A DNA stretch of 64,000 bases from contig CAXXSL010000001.1 in the NCBI GenBank assembly GCA_963675525.2, positions 96,001-160,000 on the forward strand, given 5' to 3'. Made by a program: the position numbers and the translations under genes. The stretch's first letter is position 1. Each line of letters opens with the position of its first letter. Below the pieces are notes generated by a model that had not been told where the DNA came from, ran no database searches, and was given only the letters and a program-made list of their open reading frames with translations. This document shows positions 1 through 9,804 of the stretch, piece after piece. The DNA is from Anaerohalosphaeraceae bacterium. Lineage in GTDB: Bacteria; Planctomycetota; Phycisphaerae; Sedimentisphaerales; Anaerohalosphaeraceae.

Positions 1-205
1 GGCGAGCCCTGTGGGCCCTGCGGATGGCCTGACGGCTCTTGGATGAGGCGATGTGCGTGACACAGCAGGTGTTGACCACGACCACGTCCGCCGGATGGGT
101 ACGCGACGATATCGCCAGCCCGGATCGTTCCATCGCCTGACGAATTTGCTGGCTTTCGTACTGGTTGACTTTGCAGCCGAGAGTATGGATCGCATAAGTC
201 TTCAT
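1..205 (-). CDS. mtaB: tRNA methylthiotransferase, MtaB-like (N-terminal part; runs off window start)
   Basis: Manual translation from ATG at 205: MKTYAIHTLGCKVNQYESQQIRQ...ADVVVVNTCCVTHIASSKSRQAIRRA. The TLGCKVNQYES and NTCxVT motifs mark the UPF0004 domain, MtaB type. Not in the ORF track. Confidence 0.8.
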   Translation of the reverse strand, partial: MKTYAIHTLGCKVNQYESQQIRQAMERSGLAISSRTHPADVVVVNTCCVTHIASSKSRQAIRRAHRAR

Positions 206-306
206 CGGGTCGATATGGTAGCAGATGCGGCAATTTTGATTCAAGTATTTTTATGAAATAATCAAGAAATCATTATTTTTATTATTCCGTATCACGGGAG
301 ATTGTT

Positions 307-2643
307 ATGGCAGCAAATGGATTTTGGGCAATTGATATCGGGACCACGTCTCTGAAGGCACTGCGGATGCGTCACGGAGACGAAGGACTGGAAGTTGTCG
401 GATTCAGTCACATTGAGCATTCCCGGTCGCTGACGAGCATGGGGGTTGAGCATGACCAGCGCGAGCAGATCGTCGCGGAAACGCTCCGGCGATTCATGGA
501 AGAATACGAGATCGCCAAAGATGAGGTTGCTATCTCCATTTCCGGACAGAACAGCTTTTCCCGCTTTATTAAATTGCCCCCCGTCGAACCGAAGAAGATA
601 CCCGAGATCGTTCAGTTTGAAGCTGTCCAGCAGATCCCCTTTGACATTAATGAGGTGGAGTGGGACTGGCAGTTGATGGAGGACGAGAACAGCCCCGATA
701 AAGAGGTGGGTCTGTTTGCCATTAAGAATGAACTGATCTCCGAAGTGATGGACCATTTCACACGGGAAAACCTGCGGGTCACCTGTGTGCAGATCGCGCC
801 GATGGCACTGTACAACTATGCGTATTACGATCGCGACGACGTGGCCGCTTCGGCAGATAAGGCGACGGTTATTCTGGATATGGGCGCCGACAGTTCCACG
901 CTGGTGATCTGTACGAAAAGCAGTGTCTGGCAGCGCAGCATCCGGATTGGCGGCAACACCTTTACGCAGGCGATTGCCGATGCGTTCCACAAAGATATGC
1001 GGACTGCTGAAAAACTCAAACGCACTGCGCCGATGAGCAAATACATGCGTCAGATCTATACCGCGATGAAGCCGGTCTATACGGACTTCGGCAGTGAGAT
1101 CCAGCGGAGCCTGGGTTTTTACAGCAGCAGTCCCGCCGGTCGAGGTAAGACGTTTACCAAAGTCATCGCCCTCGGCGGCGGCGTAAAGCTGCAGGGGCTG
1201 GCCAAGTATCTGACTCAGACCCTCGGGATACCGGTTATCAAGCCGGACTCGTTTGAGAAATTGAATTTATCGCCGGATGTTTCTGCGGCTAAGTTCCATG
1301 AAAACGTTTCCGACTTTGGGGTGGTGTATGGCCTGGGCGCCCAGTTGCTCGGCGAGGCCCGGATTGCAACGAACCTGCTGCCCCGGCGGATCGCTCGTGC
1401 CATGGCCTGGACCCGCAAGGCCCGCATCTTTACCATTGCCGCCAGCGTGCTGCTGGCCGTCATGGTGCTGGGGTTGGGCAAGGCCTTCAGTGACTTAAAG
1501 AAGATACAGGGACACAGTGCCATACAGAATAAAAACAAACAAGCCATCAACCAGACCCGTGACGTGATCAATCAGATCGATGAGCAAAAGGCGCGTCTGG
1601 AACCGCTGACCGCAACGGTCGAGAAAGAAAAGGGACGCTTTCAGTATCGTGACGCGGTTCCGGAACTGAATGCGACTATCTTAAAATGCCTGCCCGGCAA
1701 GGATTATGCCGCCTCGGAGGAAGAAGAGGCCATGTATGCGGCGTTTGAGGCCGGCAATGTTAAGGAATTGACGAAAGTGCCCCGGGCGGAACGGAAACTG
1801 CTGTTTATCACCCGGGTCGCTATGGACTATACCCAAGACGTGGAAACCACAGACTTTACCCAATTTAAAAACCAGGGCATGGGCATGGGCATGCGGTTTA
1901 CCGGCAGGCCAGGGGCGACGTCGACAATCGACATGGAGATGCCTGGCGGTATGCTGGGCGGTATGCCAGGTGGAATGCCGGGCGAAATGAGTCCCGGTGG
2001 AATGCAACCCGCCAATCAGGGAGCCGTCGAGGAGGAGACGGGCGGAGCCGGTTTCGTGGTCGTGATCGAAGGATACAGCCCGTATCGGGATCTGCCGAAA
2101 CTGCTGGATCCCTTAATGGCCGGGCAGGTTCAGAGCCGTTGGGGAGTTGTCACGCGGTTTGAAAATCTTCAAACCCTTTTCCCGGACAGTCCGTTCACAC
2201 TGTTCAATAAACATGAGATCACGCATTTTAAAGTGGAGACCGGACTGGTCGATCTGAGCTTGAAGGAGATGCCCGCAGGTATCGGTGTCCAAAAGGAGAT
2301 CGAACGGGTTTCCTCCGACCAAGCCGTCCCGACTGCGGTAGGTGTCAGAGGCGGCGGCGGGTCTCGGGGTACGGATTTTGTTTACAAAGAAACCGTTCTG
2401 CTGGACCCGATGACCGGCGAGGAGATCAGCAAAACGTATGATATTGTTACCCAGCGGGATGTGGATGCCGATTCGGACTTGACGGATCGGGACCTGGGCC
2501 GCAAGAAACGGACCCCTTTCGGCGAAGATATTTTTATCGAGCGCGATCAATGGTTCCGTATTCAGGCCAAGTTCATCTGGACCGGGGGGCCAAAAATCGA
2601 AAAGCCCGCCGCGTCAGGCTATGGTGATATGTATGATTTATGA
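307..2643 (+). CDS. pilM: Type IV pilus assembly protein PilM with TM segment and long C-terminal (PilN-like) extension
   Basis: Actin-like PilM motifs WAIDIGTTSLKA, EAVQQIPF, LDMGADSS, IGGNTFT, EIQRSLGFY and GLGAQLLG...NLLP, then a TM helix and a coiled coil. Confidence 0.85.
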   Translation: MAANGFWAIDIGTTSLKALRMRHGDEGLEVVGFSHIEHSRSLTSMGVEHDQREQIVAETLRRFMEEYEIAKDEVAISISGQNSFSRFIKLPPVEPKKIPEIVQFEAVQQIPFDINEVEWDWQLMEDENSPDKEVGLFAIKNELISEVMDHFTRENLRVTCVQIAPMALYNYAYYDRDDVAASADKATVILDMGADSSTLVICTKSSVWQRSIRIGGNTFTQAIADAFHKDMRTAEKLKRTAPMSKYMRQIYTAMKPVYTDFGSEIQRSLGFYSSSPAGRGKTFTKVIALGGGVKLQGLAKYLTQTLGIPVIKPDSFEKLNLSPDVSAAKFHENVSDFGVVYGLGAQLLGEARIATNLLPRRIARAMAWTRKARIFTIAASVLLAVMVLGLGKAFSDLKKIQGHSAIQNKNKQAINQTRDVINQIDEQKARLEPLTATVEKEKGRFQYRDAVPELNATILKCLPGKDYAASEEEEAMYAAFEAGNVKELTKVPRAERKLLFITRVAMDYTQDVETTDFTQFKNQGMGMGMRFTGRPGATSTIDMEMPGGMLGGMPGGMPGEMSPGGMQPANQGAVEEETGGAGFVVVIEGYSPYRDLPKLLDPLMAGQVQSRWGVVTRFENLQTLFPDSPFTLFNKHEITHFKVETGLVDLSLKEMPAGIGVQKEIERVSSDQAVPTAVGVRGGGGSRGTDFVYKETVLLDPMTGEEISKTYDIVTQRDVDADSDLTDRDLGRKKRTPFGEDIFIERDQWFRIQAKFIWTGGPKIEKPAASGYGDMYDL

Positions 2644-2691
2644 TTGAATTGAGAGAGTAAACCGAAACAGAAATTATTTCAGGTCATAACG

Positions 2692-4098
2692 ATGAAAGCA
2701 AAGCTATCAATGGATTTTATGAAACCGGTTGCCGGCTTTTTCCGGAAATATACCGCACTGCTGCCGTCACTTATCCTTCTGGTGGTGGCCCTGCTGTTAT
2801 TTTTGCCGATTCTCTTCGTTGGTAATTCGGTCAAGGCGGAGATGAAAAAGAGTGTGGACACCGCCCGGAATGTCAGCAGTTTGTTGAACAACGTTCCTTC
2901 CAAAGACGATCCCCGGCGCGTCAAAAGCTATATGGATCGTCTGGCTGAGGAAGTGTCCCAGATCGAAACGCTGGCCATTCGCAGCAGCATGCGCGAGTTG
3001 ATCAGCTATAATATCTTTCCGCCCAAGGGCACTTCGGCACAGTTGTACGTTGAATTTGGCGAGAAGTACCGCCAGGCGGTCAACGGCCTGATCGAAAGCA
3101 TGAACGCGCTGGACGCACCCAGCGAAGCGGAGATTCGCGCTCAAAGCGGAACAGGCGAACCCCGCATGGCCGGCGGCGACATGATGGAATTCCGCATGCC
3201 GCCAGGTCGTATGCGTGGCCGCGGCACTTCTGCCCTTGCGACCAACCCGATGGTAGAAGCCCTGTGCCTGACACGCGCACGAGAGATTTCGGTGTATGCA
3301 AAACCGTCGATCTTTTCCTGGTATGATTTTTGGCAGACCTATGAATTTGCCGGTCAGGACCAGGGGCAGGAAGACTGTTGGGATTCTCAAGTGGCTTTCT
3401 GGATTTACGAGGATATTGTTGAAACGATCCGAAAAATGAACGAAGGTTCCGACAAGATTTCATCCTCGGCGGTGAAGCGGTTTGTCGGGGTCAGTTTTAC
3501 CATGCCGCTCACGATGGACAGTAGTGCGCAATCGTTTAACAACTCCGAGTTTTCCCGCCGAGGCACCACCACCACATCACGTGATAAGCCCAATTATATT
3601 GGCCAAAGCGCTGATACCGCCGGACAGGGGGTCAACCCCCGCACCAGAAGGAGGGCAACGACGATGACGACTCTGGTCAGCAATTTCGTGAACAATCCGC
3701 TGACCAATCGCAGCAGCGACAGCGATGTGGATATTATTCATTTCGCGGTTTCGGTACTGGTGGACAATCGTTCCGTGATGGCGTTCATGAAAGAACTCTG
3801 CAGTGAAAAGCCGCATACCTTCAGAGCGGAGTTTAAGGAAGACGGTCAAATAACAGATGCGGTCCATAATCAGATCACGATCTTGAGCAGTGATATCAGT
3901 GCGGTAGACAAACAGGCTCCCGAACATGCCCTGTATCGCTATGGGGACGGGGCCGTCATGCGGCTGGATTTGATTTGTGAGTATCAGTTTTATCGCAAGG
4001 GATATGACAGCATCAAACCTGAACCGGTAAAGGTGTTATTGGGGCAGGATCAACCCGCCGAAACTCAGGCGGTTCCCACAAACCCAATGTTTAATTAA
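2692..4098 (+). CDS. Membrane-anchored hypothetical protein of the pilM operon (possible PilO-like)
   Basis: 468-aa ORF with N-terminal TM helix, co-oriented 48 bp after pilM. Confidence 0.6.
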   Translation: MKAKLSMDFMKPVAGFFRKYTALLPSLILLVVALLLFLPILFVGNSVKAEMKKSVDTARNVSSLLNNVPSKDDPRRVKSYMDRLAEEVSQIETLAIRSSMRELISYNIFPPKGTSAQLYVEFGEKYRQAVNGLIESMNALDAPSEAEIRAQSGTGEPRMAGGDMMEFRMPPGRMRGRGTSALATNPMVEALCLTRAREISVYAKPSIFSWYDFWQTYEFAGQDQGQEDCWDSQVAFWIYEDIVETIRKMNEGSDKISSSAVKRFVGVSFTMPLTMDSSAQSFNNSEFSRRGTTTTSRDKPNYIGQSADTAGQGVNPRTRRRATTMTTLVSNFVNNPLTNRSSDSDVDIIHFAVSVLVDNRSVMAFMKELCSEKPHTFRAEFKEDGQITDAVHNQITILSSDISAVDKQAPEHALYRYGDGAVMRLDLICEYQFYRKGYDSIKPEPVKVLLGQDQPAETQAVPTNPMFN

Positions 4099-4161
4099 TG
4101 ACAGGTGTCAGTCGGTATTATCTCATAACGGTTATACAAATAACAGATCAGGAAGATTGCG

Positions 4162-6105
4162 ATGAGTAAAAAAAAGAATATTCTGTTGATTCTCGAAAGT
4201 CAGGTTGACAAGATTGTGTTGGGGGTGATCGTTCTGGTCAGCTTGGTTTTGTTATGGATGTACGTCATTGGCAATCCGTATGGTGAGAAAGTGAGATTGG
4301 GCGGACGTGAAGTCAGCGCCACCCCCGGCAACATTGACGAGAAGATCAAACAACAGGCGGAGCGTCTTTTGGATGAACTGGAACAGTCCAGCCAAATGGA
4401 AGATTTTCGCGTCTACGACAAGAACTATGCGACTGATTATATACGCCAGTTTCAGTGTGCGGTTTTGGATCTGCCCGCAAATCTGGTTGTTCCGTGTCCG
4501 GGCGTCGGCGATGTTCTGATCGAAGAGGAACGGCTCTATACGATTCCGGTGATCCCTTCGCTGGAAGAGGTTCAGATGGCCATTCTCCGCGGGGCCGCAC
4601 AGGTTCCGGTCGATGAGGTCAACCCCGGCAATCCGTACGAAATGATTGAGACCCAGATGACCGATCTCGATCTTGTGACGGTTTCGGCACGGTTGGATTT
4701 CCAGAAACTCTATTATAATTTCCAGTTGAGCTTCAACGGCCCCGGGCTGAAATCATCGTGGAAAGATGCCCGTTTGGCAAAGCCTGTTTTCGCACGGGTT
4801 GAACTGCAGCGCCGCGCCGTCAAACAAGACGGTTCCTACGAACCGTGGACCGTTGTGCCGCGGGCCAAAGTGGATATGTATAAAAAGCTGCTCGAGCAGT
4901 TGCCGCTGGAAGTCGATCAAATGCAGTTTGGCGCCAGTGTCTGGATATCGCAATTCGAAACCCAGGCCGTTCAGTTCGATATTCTGCAGCCTGCGCCCTA
5001 TTTCTTTGGTAGAGCGAGATCTGAATGGATGCCTCCGGAATATCTGACTGAGTCTCTTGGTATACTCAAGAAGCAAGCCGACGAACTGAAACGGAAACTG
5101 AGCGAAGAACGGAAAGCGGCTCGGGAAATGCAACGGGTCGGGGACCGGGGGGGCCGTACCCAACCGCGTCAACAGCCACGCCAACAGCCGCGTCAGCAAC
5201 CGCGTCAACAACCGCGTCCGGGGACAAGGCAGGATATGCAACCACAGACACCTACGCCCGCGGAACTGGCGGCGCGCAGAACGGAACGTGAGCGAACCAT
5301 CAAGGACATTCAGCGCGATATTGACAATGATACGCTGAAAACAGGGTCGCGTTTGGATGCAAACCGTGATCCCATACTGGTCTGGGCGCACGACGATACA
5401 GCTCAGCCGGGAAAAACTTATGAGTATCGTATGCGGGTGGGTGTCTTCAATCCCATTATGGGCAAGGACTGGTTCCGCAAGGAACAAGCCGGATTTAAAA
5501 ATCAGCTCGTTCTATGGAGCGATTATCTGAATGTTCGAAAGCCAGTTGAAATTCCTAAGATGCTGCATGTTTTCCCCATGGAAACACTGACGAAAAAAGA
5601 CGGTACCAAGGAGACTGAAGGCGTCAAGGTTGAGGTTGTAAAGTATTTTATGGGGCAATGGAGGACGGAAACGTTTGATGTTTATCCCGGCCAGGTCATG
5701 GGGAATCTGGTCGAACAGTCGCCTCAGGACGCTCAGGGACCGGGCGATATGAATTTTGGGGGTGATGCAATGAGACGGTTCGTGGATAATACCATACCAA
5801 CGCCGACTGAGATTGATTTTACGTCCGGGATAACGCTGGTGGATCTGATCAAAGAATTTACCTGGAACACGCGGCTTAAACGCAGTGATTACTATGCGAT
5901 CCTGTATTTCGATGGACAAGATTTGGGCCAGGTTGCGGTCGGCAAATCGAATTGGCCGTCGGATTATTCCAAAGCGTATCGAATGGTGCAGGAGGAAATG
6001 TCGCAGGATGCTACGGGAACGGAAGGCGAATTCATGACTCCGCGGGGTTTACCGGGCGGAGCCCAGCCCGGGATGCCGCCGATGATGGAGTTGGAAGGTG
6101 GTTGA
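4162..6105 (+). CDS. Membrane-anchored hypothetical protein of the pilM operon, with QQPR repeats
   Basis: 647-aa ORF with N-terminal TM helix, an FN3-like signature (HDDTAQPGKTYEYRMRV) and a Gly/Met/Pro-rich tail. Confidence 0.6.
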   Translation: MSKKKNILLILESQVDKIVLGVIVLVSLVLLWMYVIGNPYGEKVRLGGREVSATPGNIDEKIKQQAERLLDELEQSSQMEDFRVYDKNYATDYIRQFQCAVLDLPANLVVPCPGVGDVLIEEERLYTIPVIPSLEEVQMAILRGAAQVPVDEVNPGNPYEMIETQMTDLDLVTVSARLDFQKLYYNFQLSFNGPGLKSSWKDARLAKPVFARVELQRRAVKQDGSYEPWTVVPRAKVDMYKKLLEQLPLEVDQMQFGASVWISQFETQAVQFDILQPAPYFFGRARSEWMPPEYLTESLGILKKQADELKRKLSEERKAAREMQRVGDRGGRTQPRQQPRQQPRQQPRQQPRPGTRQDMQPQTPTPAELAARRTERERTIKDIQRDIDNDTLKTGSRLDANRDPILVWAHDDTAQPGKTYEYRMRVGVFNPIMGKDWFRKEQAGFKNQLVLWSDYLNVRKPVEIPKMLHVFPMETLTKKDGTKETEGVKVEVVKYFMGQWRTETFDVYPGQVMGNLVEQSPQDAQGPGDMNFGGDAMRRFVDNTIPTPTEIDFTSGITLVDLIKEFTWNTRLKRSDYYAILYFDGQDLGQVAVGKSNWPSDYSKAYRMVQEEMSQDATGTEGEFMTPRGLPGGAQPGMPPMMELEGG

Positions 6106-6139
6106 TCAGGGCAGATTTTTTTGACCCGAAGATGTTTTG

Positions 6140-6171
6140 AAACGGACGGATTGAATGCCGTCCGTTTTTTT
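6140..6171 (+). terminator. Intrinsic terminator (possibly bidirectional)
   Basis: AAACGGACGG-attgaatg-CCGTCCGTTT followed by a T tract, between convergent genes. Confidence 0.75.
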
Positions 6172-6183
6172 ATGTCCTCATGT

Positions 6184-8682
6184 TCACAAACAGTTGGGTC
6201 CGTGGTTCAAGTTGGCCGAGAATATTTCCACCGGTGTCTGAAGCGAGGGCGCCTTGTTGTTGAATTCGATCCGGATCGTTTTGGCCCGCCCCGGCAGCAG
6301 CGTGAAAAAATTGTCACTGAGCTGCGACGCGCAGGGAGCGATCAACTGCAGGTCGCCTGCAACAACCTCCGATGTCAGAGAGACCTGCCAGGCGTTGGAA
6401 TGTTCGGGTGATACTTCCAATTCGATATCGCCGGGGACCCATTGCAGGTATTTGTCCGGTGCGAAGAAATGGACATTTTCCGCGATCGTCCTGTCGTCGG
6501 CCGACAGACACAAATGTAAAAACGCAGTACGCTGATATTCAGGGCGGCTGAACGACTTTGGCAGCGGGTATCGGCTTGAACTGGACATCGGTGATAGCGC
6601 CACCGGCAGTTGCATTTGATCCAGCAGCCTCCCGGAAAAATCCAGCAGACGGCAATCCAGCGTGGCCGTGATACGTTTGGAACTGTCATTGATGACCATG
6701 ACCTGACCGGCTCCGGCCAGCGTGACCAGCACCGGAGCGAAAAACCGTCGGGCATAGTAGTACAGCGCCTTAGGATTGCCGCGATTATCAATAGCCGAGA
6801 AACTAATGGCCGGAGCCGAATCGTTCAATGTCCAGAACAAACATCCGGTATTGATCGAAGAATGGGACCGCAGATGCTCCACATAGCGGCGAACAGCGCG
6901 TGCCTGTGTGACCTGGCTTTGCCAGACGGCTCGGGATATATGCTGCGATGGCGTAAACTCCTCGGCCATATACCGGGCCATCCGTTGTTGTCCGCCGGGC
7001 TGGTAGTTGTGTTTTTCAAGTTCCCATGAACCGGCTGAGAAATTGTATTTGCCGCTGAAGGATGAAATCGTTTCCATGCCCGGTAGCGACTGCAATCCGA
7101 ACTCTGTGACGAAGCGGGGGACCCTGTCGGCCGGTACCAGGTAATCCTGCGGCCCGGCATAATGATTCCAGACGTTCCAACTGTGGCTTGTGCCGGAACC
7201 GGGATCATGGCAGGAGTTTGACGATTCTTCGGAAAAGGGCGTGCTCGGGATGTAGTCACGGTTCGGGTCCATTTCGCTCAGCAGTCCGGGCAGAAGCGTG
7301 TGATAGATCCCCTTCCCGTAAAACTTCCGGCCGGTTCCCAGGCGGCCGTCTTCATGCAGCGAATCGATCCGGCTGTTGCCGCACCACAGCGCCAGGCACG
7401 GATAATTCCGAAGCCGCTGGATGACCGTCCTGACTTCCGTCGTAATCATGTTGGTAAACCACTGCCGGTCCGGGTAATAGGCACTGGCGAACATGAAGTC
7501 CTGCCAGAGCAAAATTCCCAGCCGGCTGCATTCTTCGTAGAACGCCGGGGACTCGTACAGTCCGCCGCCCCAGATGCGCAGCATGTTAAAATGTGCATCT
7601 GCTGCCAGTTTCAGGACGGGACCATAATCGGAAGCGGCTGCTTCGCCCGGCAAAACAGACAGCGGCATCCAGTTGGCGCCTTTGATATGGATCGGGACTT
7701 CGTTGACCTCGAATTGAAATCGGTTACCTGTTTCATCGGCGGTGCGGTTGATACGGATATTTCGGATACCGAAATTGGTCTCGACCGTATCCAGGTGACT
7801 ATCGTTGCCGAACAGTTCTGCTTTGAGATGGTATTGGTGCTGAACACCATAGCCCGCCGGCCACCAGAGGATCGGCCGTTCAATGTGGATCAGGGTCGAA
7901 TGCTGATCTTCATCGGCATCGAAATTCAGGTCCTGTGTGATGTCCAGCCCGCCGCCGGAAAGATGCATCCGGCACCGGAGCGGTGTTTGAATATGCCGGA
8001 TGCGATCCAGGGTGATCGCGATCCGAATATCCGCCGCATGCTGGTTACAGTCTACGGTACGAACATGCAGGTTGTCGATCTGTGCGATGCGGGCGGCCTC
8101 CAGACGGACGGAACGAAAAATCCCGCACCCGATCAGTGCCGGTCCCATCGCCGATCCGAATTGATACTGGGCCTTTCGGAGATACGAGCGGCGAATGTCA
8201 CCGAAATGATGTTCGCTCAGCCGGCCGTAACGTTGTATCAGCCGTTCGGCATGGATCAGAGCAGGTAGGAACTTGACACAGAGAACATTGCCCGACGGTT
8301 TCAGAAGATCGGTGACATCGAACGTATGCGGGATGAACATGTTTTCCGTTTTCCCGATGAGCTTATCGTTCAGCCAGACATGGGACACCGTATCCAGCCC
8401 GTCAAAGATCAAGTTGACCCGATCACTGTCTGTCATAGAAGGGCGGACATCAAATCGCTTTCGAAAGATCCAGCTTACCTGACTGACCCAGCCGAAATCG
8501 TCCGGGTTGGCATCCAGTTCGCTGCGATCGATCCGGCCCGCTTCGGCCAGGCAGGTATAGATCGAAGAGGGAACGGTTGCCCGCATCCATCCGCCGCCGT
8601 CCAGATCGCGCATGCGGCGGGCCGTTTCGGGAAACTCCTTAAACTCCCACGAACCGTCAAGTTGCAGAACATCCTTTTCCAT
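6184..8682 (-). CDS. Glycoside hydrolase family 2, beta-mannosidase-like
   Basis: Motifs FDGLDT, LRKAQYQFG, WWPAGYG.Q, KGANW.P, NMLRIWGGG.YE, WQDFMFA, WCGN and RFVTEFG. Start at ATG 8682 or TTG 8697. Confidence 0.9.
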   Translation of the reverse strand: MEKDVLQLDGSWEFKEFPETARRMRDLDGGGWMRATVPSSIYTCLAEAGRIDRSELDANPDDFGWVSQVSWIFRKRFDVRPSMTDSDRVNLIFDGLDTVSHVWLNDKLIGKTENMFIPHTFDVTDLLKPSGNVLCVKFLPALIHAERLIQRYGRLSEHHFGDIRRSYLRKAQYQFGSAMGPALIGCGIFRSVRLEAARIAQIDNLHVRTVDCNQHAADIRIAITLDRIRHIQTPLRCRMHLSGGGLDITQDLNFDADEDQHSTLIHIERPILWWPAGYGVQHQYHLKAELFGNDSHLDTVETNFGIRNIRINRTADETGNRFQFEVNEVPIHIKGANWMPLSVLPGEAAASDYGPVLKLAADAHFNMLRIWGGGLYESPAFYEECSRLGILLWQDFMFASAYYPDRQWFTNMITTEVRTVIQRLRNYPCLALWCGNSRIDSLHEDGRLGTGRKFYGKGIYHTLLPGLLSEMDPNRDYIPSTPFSEESSNSCHDPGSGTSHSWNVWNHYAGPQDYLVPADRVPRFVTEFGLQSLPGMETISSFSGKYNFSAGSWELEKHNYQPGGQQRMARYMAEEFTPSQHISRAVWQSQVTQARAVRRYVEHLRSHSSINTGCLFWTLNDSAPAISFSAIDNRGNPKALYYYARRFFAPVLVTLAGAGQVMVINDSSKRITATLDCRLLDFSGRLLDQMQLPVALSPMSSSSRYPLPKSFSRPEYQRTAFLHLCLSADDRTIAENVHFFAPDKYLQWVPGDIELEVSPEHSNAWQVSLTSEVVAGDLQLIAPCASQLSDNFFTLLPGRAKTIRIEFNNKAPSLQTPVEIFSANLNHGPNCL

Positions 8683-8791
8683 ACGCTCCAATCCCAATAA
8701 TGCCGTTTAAAACCGCATTTTACAGGGGCATCGAAAGGATTCAAGCAATTTCCGCCGACCTTTGCGGAAACGTCCGGGTATCGAACATGAA

Positions 8792-8877
8792 CTGTCATTC
8801 CCGCTTCCAACTGTCATTCCCGCGAAGGCGGGAATCCACTTTTCACACGCTGGACCCCCGCCTGCGCGGGGGTGACA
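8792..8877. repeat. Palindromic REP/dRS3-like element
   Basis: CTGTCATTCCCGC occurs twice. ATTCCC-GCGAAGGC-GGGAAT (8816-8835) fits the ATTCCC-N8-GGGAAT pattern, with an inverted partner TGGACCCCCGCCTGCGCGGGGGTGACA. Confidence 0.8.
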
Positions 8878-8950
8878 TTGTTGAGGTTATATTCTATCGA
8901 GGGGCATCAAAAGGATTCAAGTCATTTTTGCAGACGCCGGTCAGAAGCCT

Positions 8951-9592
8951 TTAGGCAGTGACGTCCTGGGCGATGATCTCGTGGGCGTATTCGCTCCAGG
9001 CGCTGGGGCCTTGGTGTGTGAAGATATGGAACGATTCGTCGCTGGTCAGTCGGCCCAAAACAGCTTTACGCTGATTGGCATCGGCGATTTCGGTGAGAAT
9101 GTGCTGACGTGTTTTTTCGAGCTGTTCGACAAACCGGCCGTGCTCTTCGGTAAAGGATTCTTCCAGTTTACGCCGGACGTGACCGGAGTACGCCGGGCAG
9201 TTTCCATCCGTGCCGATTGCGATCTGCAGGTCGCCGCGTTTAACGATGGCAGGCATGTAGAAGTCGCACAGCTCGGGCTGGTCCACCACGTTGCACAGCA
9301 CTTCCAGTTCCTGGCAGTCGTGGAACACTTTTTTATTGAGAACCGGGTCATGGGTGGCCGTGACCGCCAGCGTGGCTCCGGCGAGATAATGTTTTTGATA
9401 GATCGCCAGGATCAGCTCGACATTGGGAAGGGAAAAGGCTTCTTCCATCGCGGGTTTGACATGCTCAGCAATGACGGTGACGCGTGCCCCGGCTTCATGC
9501 AGGGTCTGGACGATTCTGGCCGCGACGGAACCGGCCCCGATGACGACCGCCCGCCGATTACTCAGTTCGAGATAAATCGGGAATTTGGCCAT
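8951..9592 (-). CDS. Precorrin-2 dehydrogenase / sirohydrochlorin ferrochelatase (SirC / CysG N-terminal type)
   Basis: FPIYLEL, VVIGAGSVA Rossmann motif, CNVVDQPELCDFYMPAIVKRGDLQIAIGTDG. Confidence 0.9.
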   Translation of the reverse strand: MAKFPIYLELSNRRAVVIGAGSVAARIVQTLHEAGARVTVIAEHVKPAMEEAFSLPNVELILAIYQKHYLAGATLAVTATHDPVLNKKVFHDCQELEVLCNVVDQPELCDFYMPAIVKRGDLQIAIGTDGNCPAYSGHVRRKLEESFTEEHGRFVEQLEKTRQHILTEIADANQRKAVLGRLTSDESFHIFTHQGPSAWSEYAHEIIAQDVTA

Positions 9593-9598
9593 GCTTCT

Positions 9599-9627
9599 AT
9601 TATACCTTTCGGCCGGAGGCAATGCAA
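9599..9627 (-). promoter_or_regulatory. Sigma70-type promoter, probably giving a leaderless sirC-like transcript
   Basis: Minus strand TTGCAT-17 nt-TATAAT, then 6 nt, then ATG (9592). Confidence 0.6.
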
Positions 9628-9700
9628 AGCAATTCAGGAATCATTCTGATACCGGAATGTTTGTTTTTGGGGTTTAAATGCGGTTTTTTGGGGTATTTAT

Positions 9701-9804
9701 GACGCCAAACGTGTCCAAAGGTGCGCCAAAGTGCGCCCCAACGGCGCCAAAGTGTGCCATAAATGCGCCAAAGTTTGCCAAAAGGGCGCCAAGTTGCGCC
9801 TAAA
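9701..9804. repeat. Degenerate tandem array with alternating 10/11-bp units
   Basis: Ten GyGCCAAA-like units. CC cores at 9705, 9715, 9726, 9736, 9747, 9757, 9768, 9778, 9789, 9799. Confidence 0.85.

Noticed and set aside
7300..8268. 322-aa plus-strand ORF and other long antisense ORFs (e.g. 292-990, 4753-5487, 24310-25038, 27700-28362)
   Set aside because: They are shadow frames opposite well-supported genes in GC-rich DNA, with no recognisable motifs.
9701..9804. Possible CRISPR or simple microsatellite
   Set aside because: There are no spacers, and the units are too divergent for recent slippage. Kept as a phased array instead.
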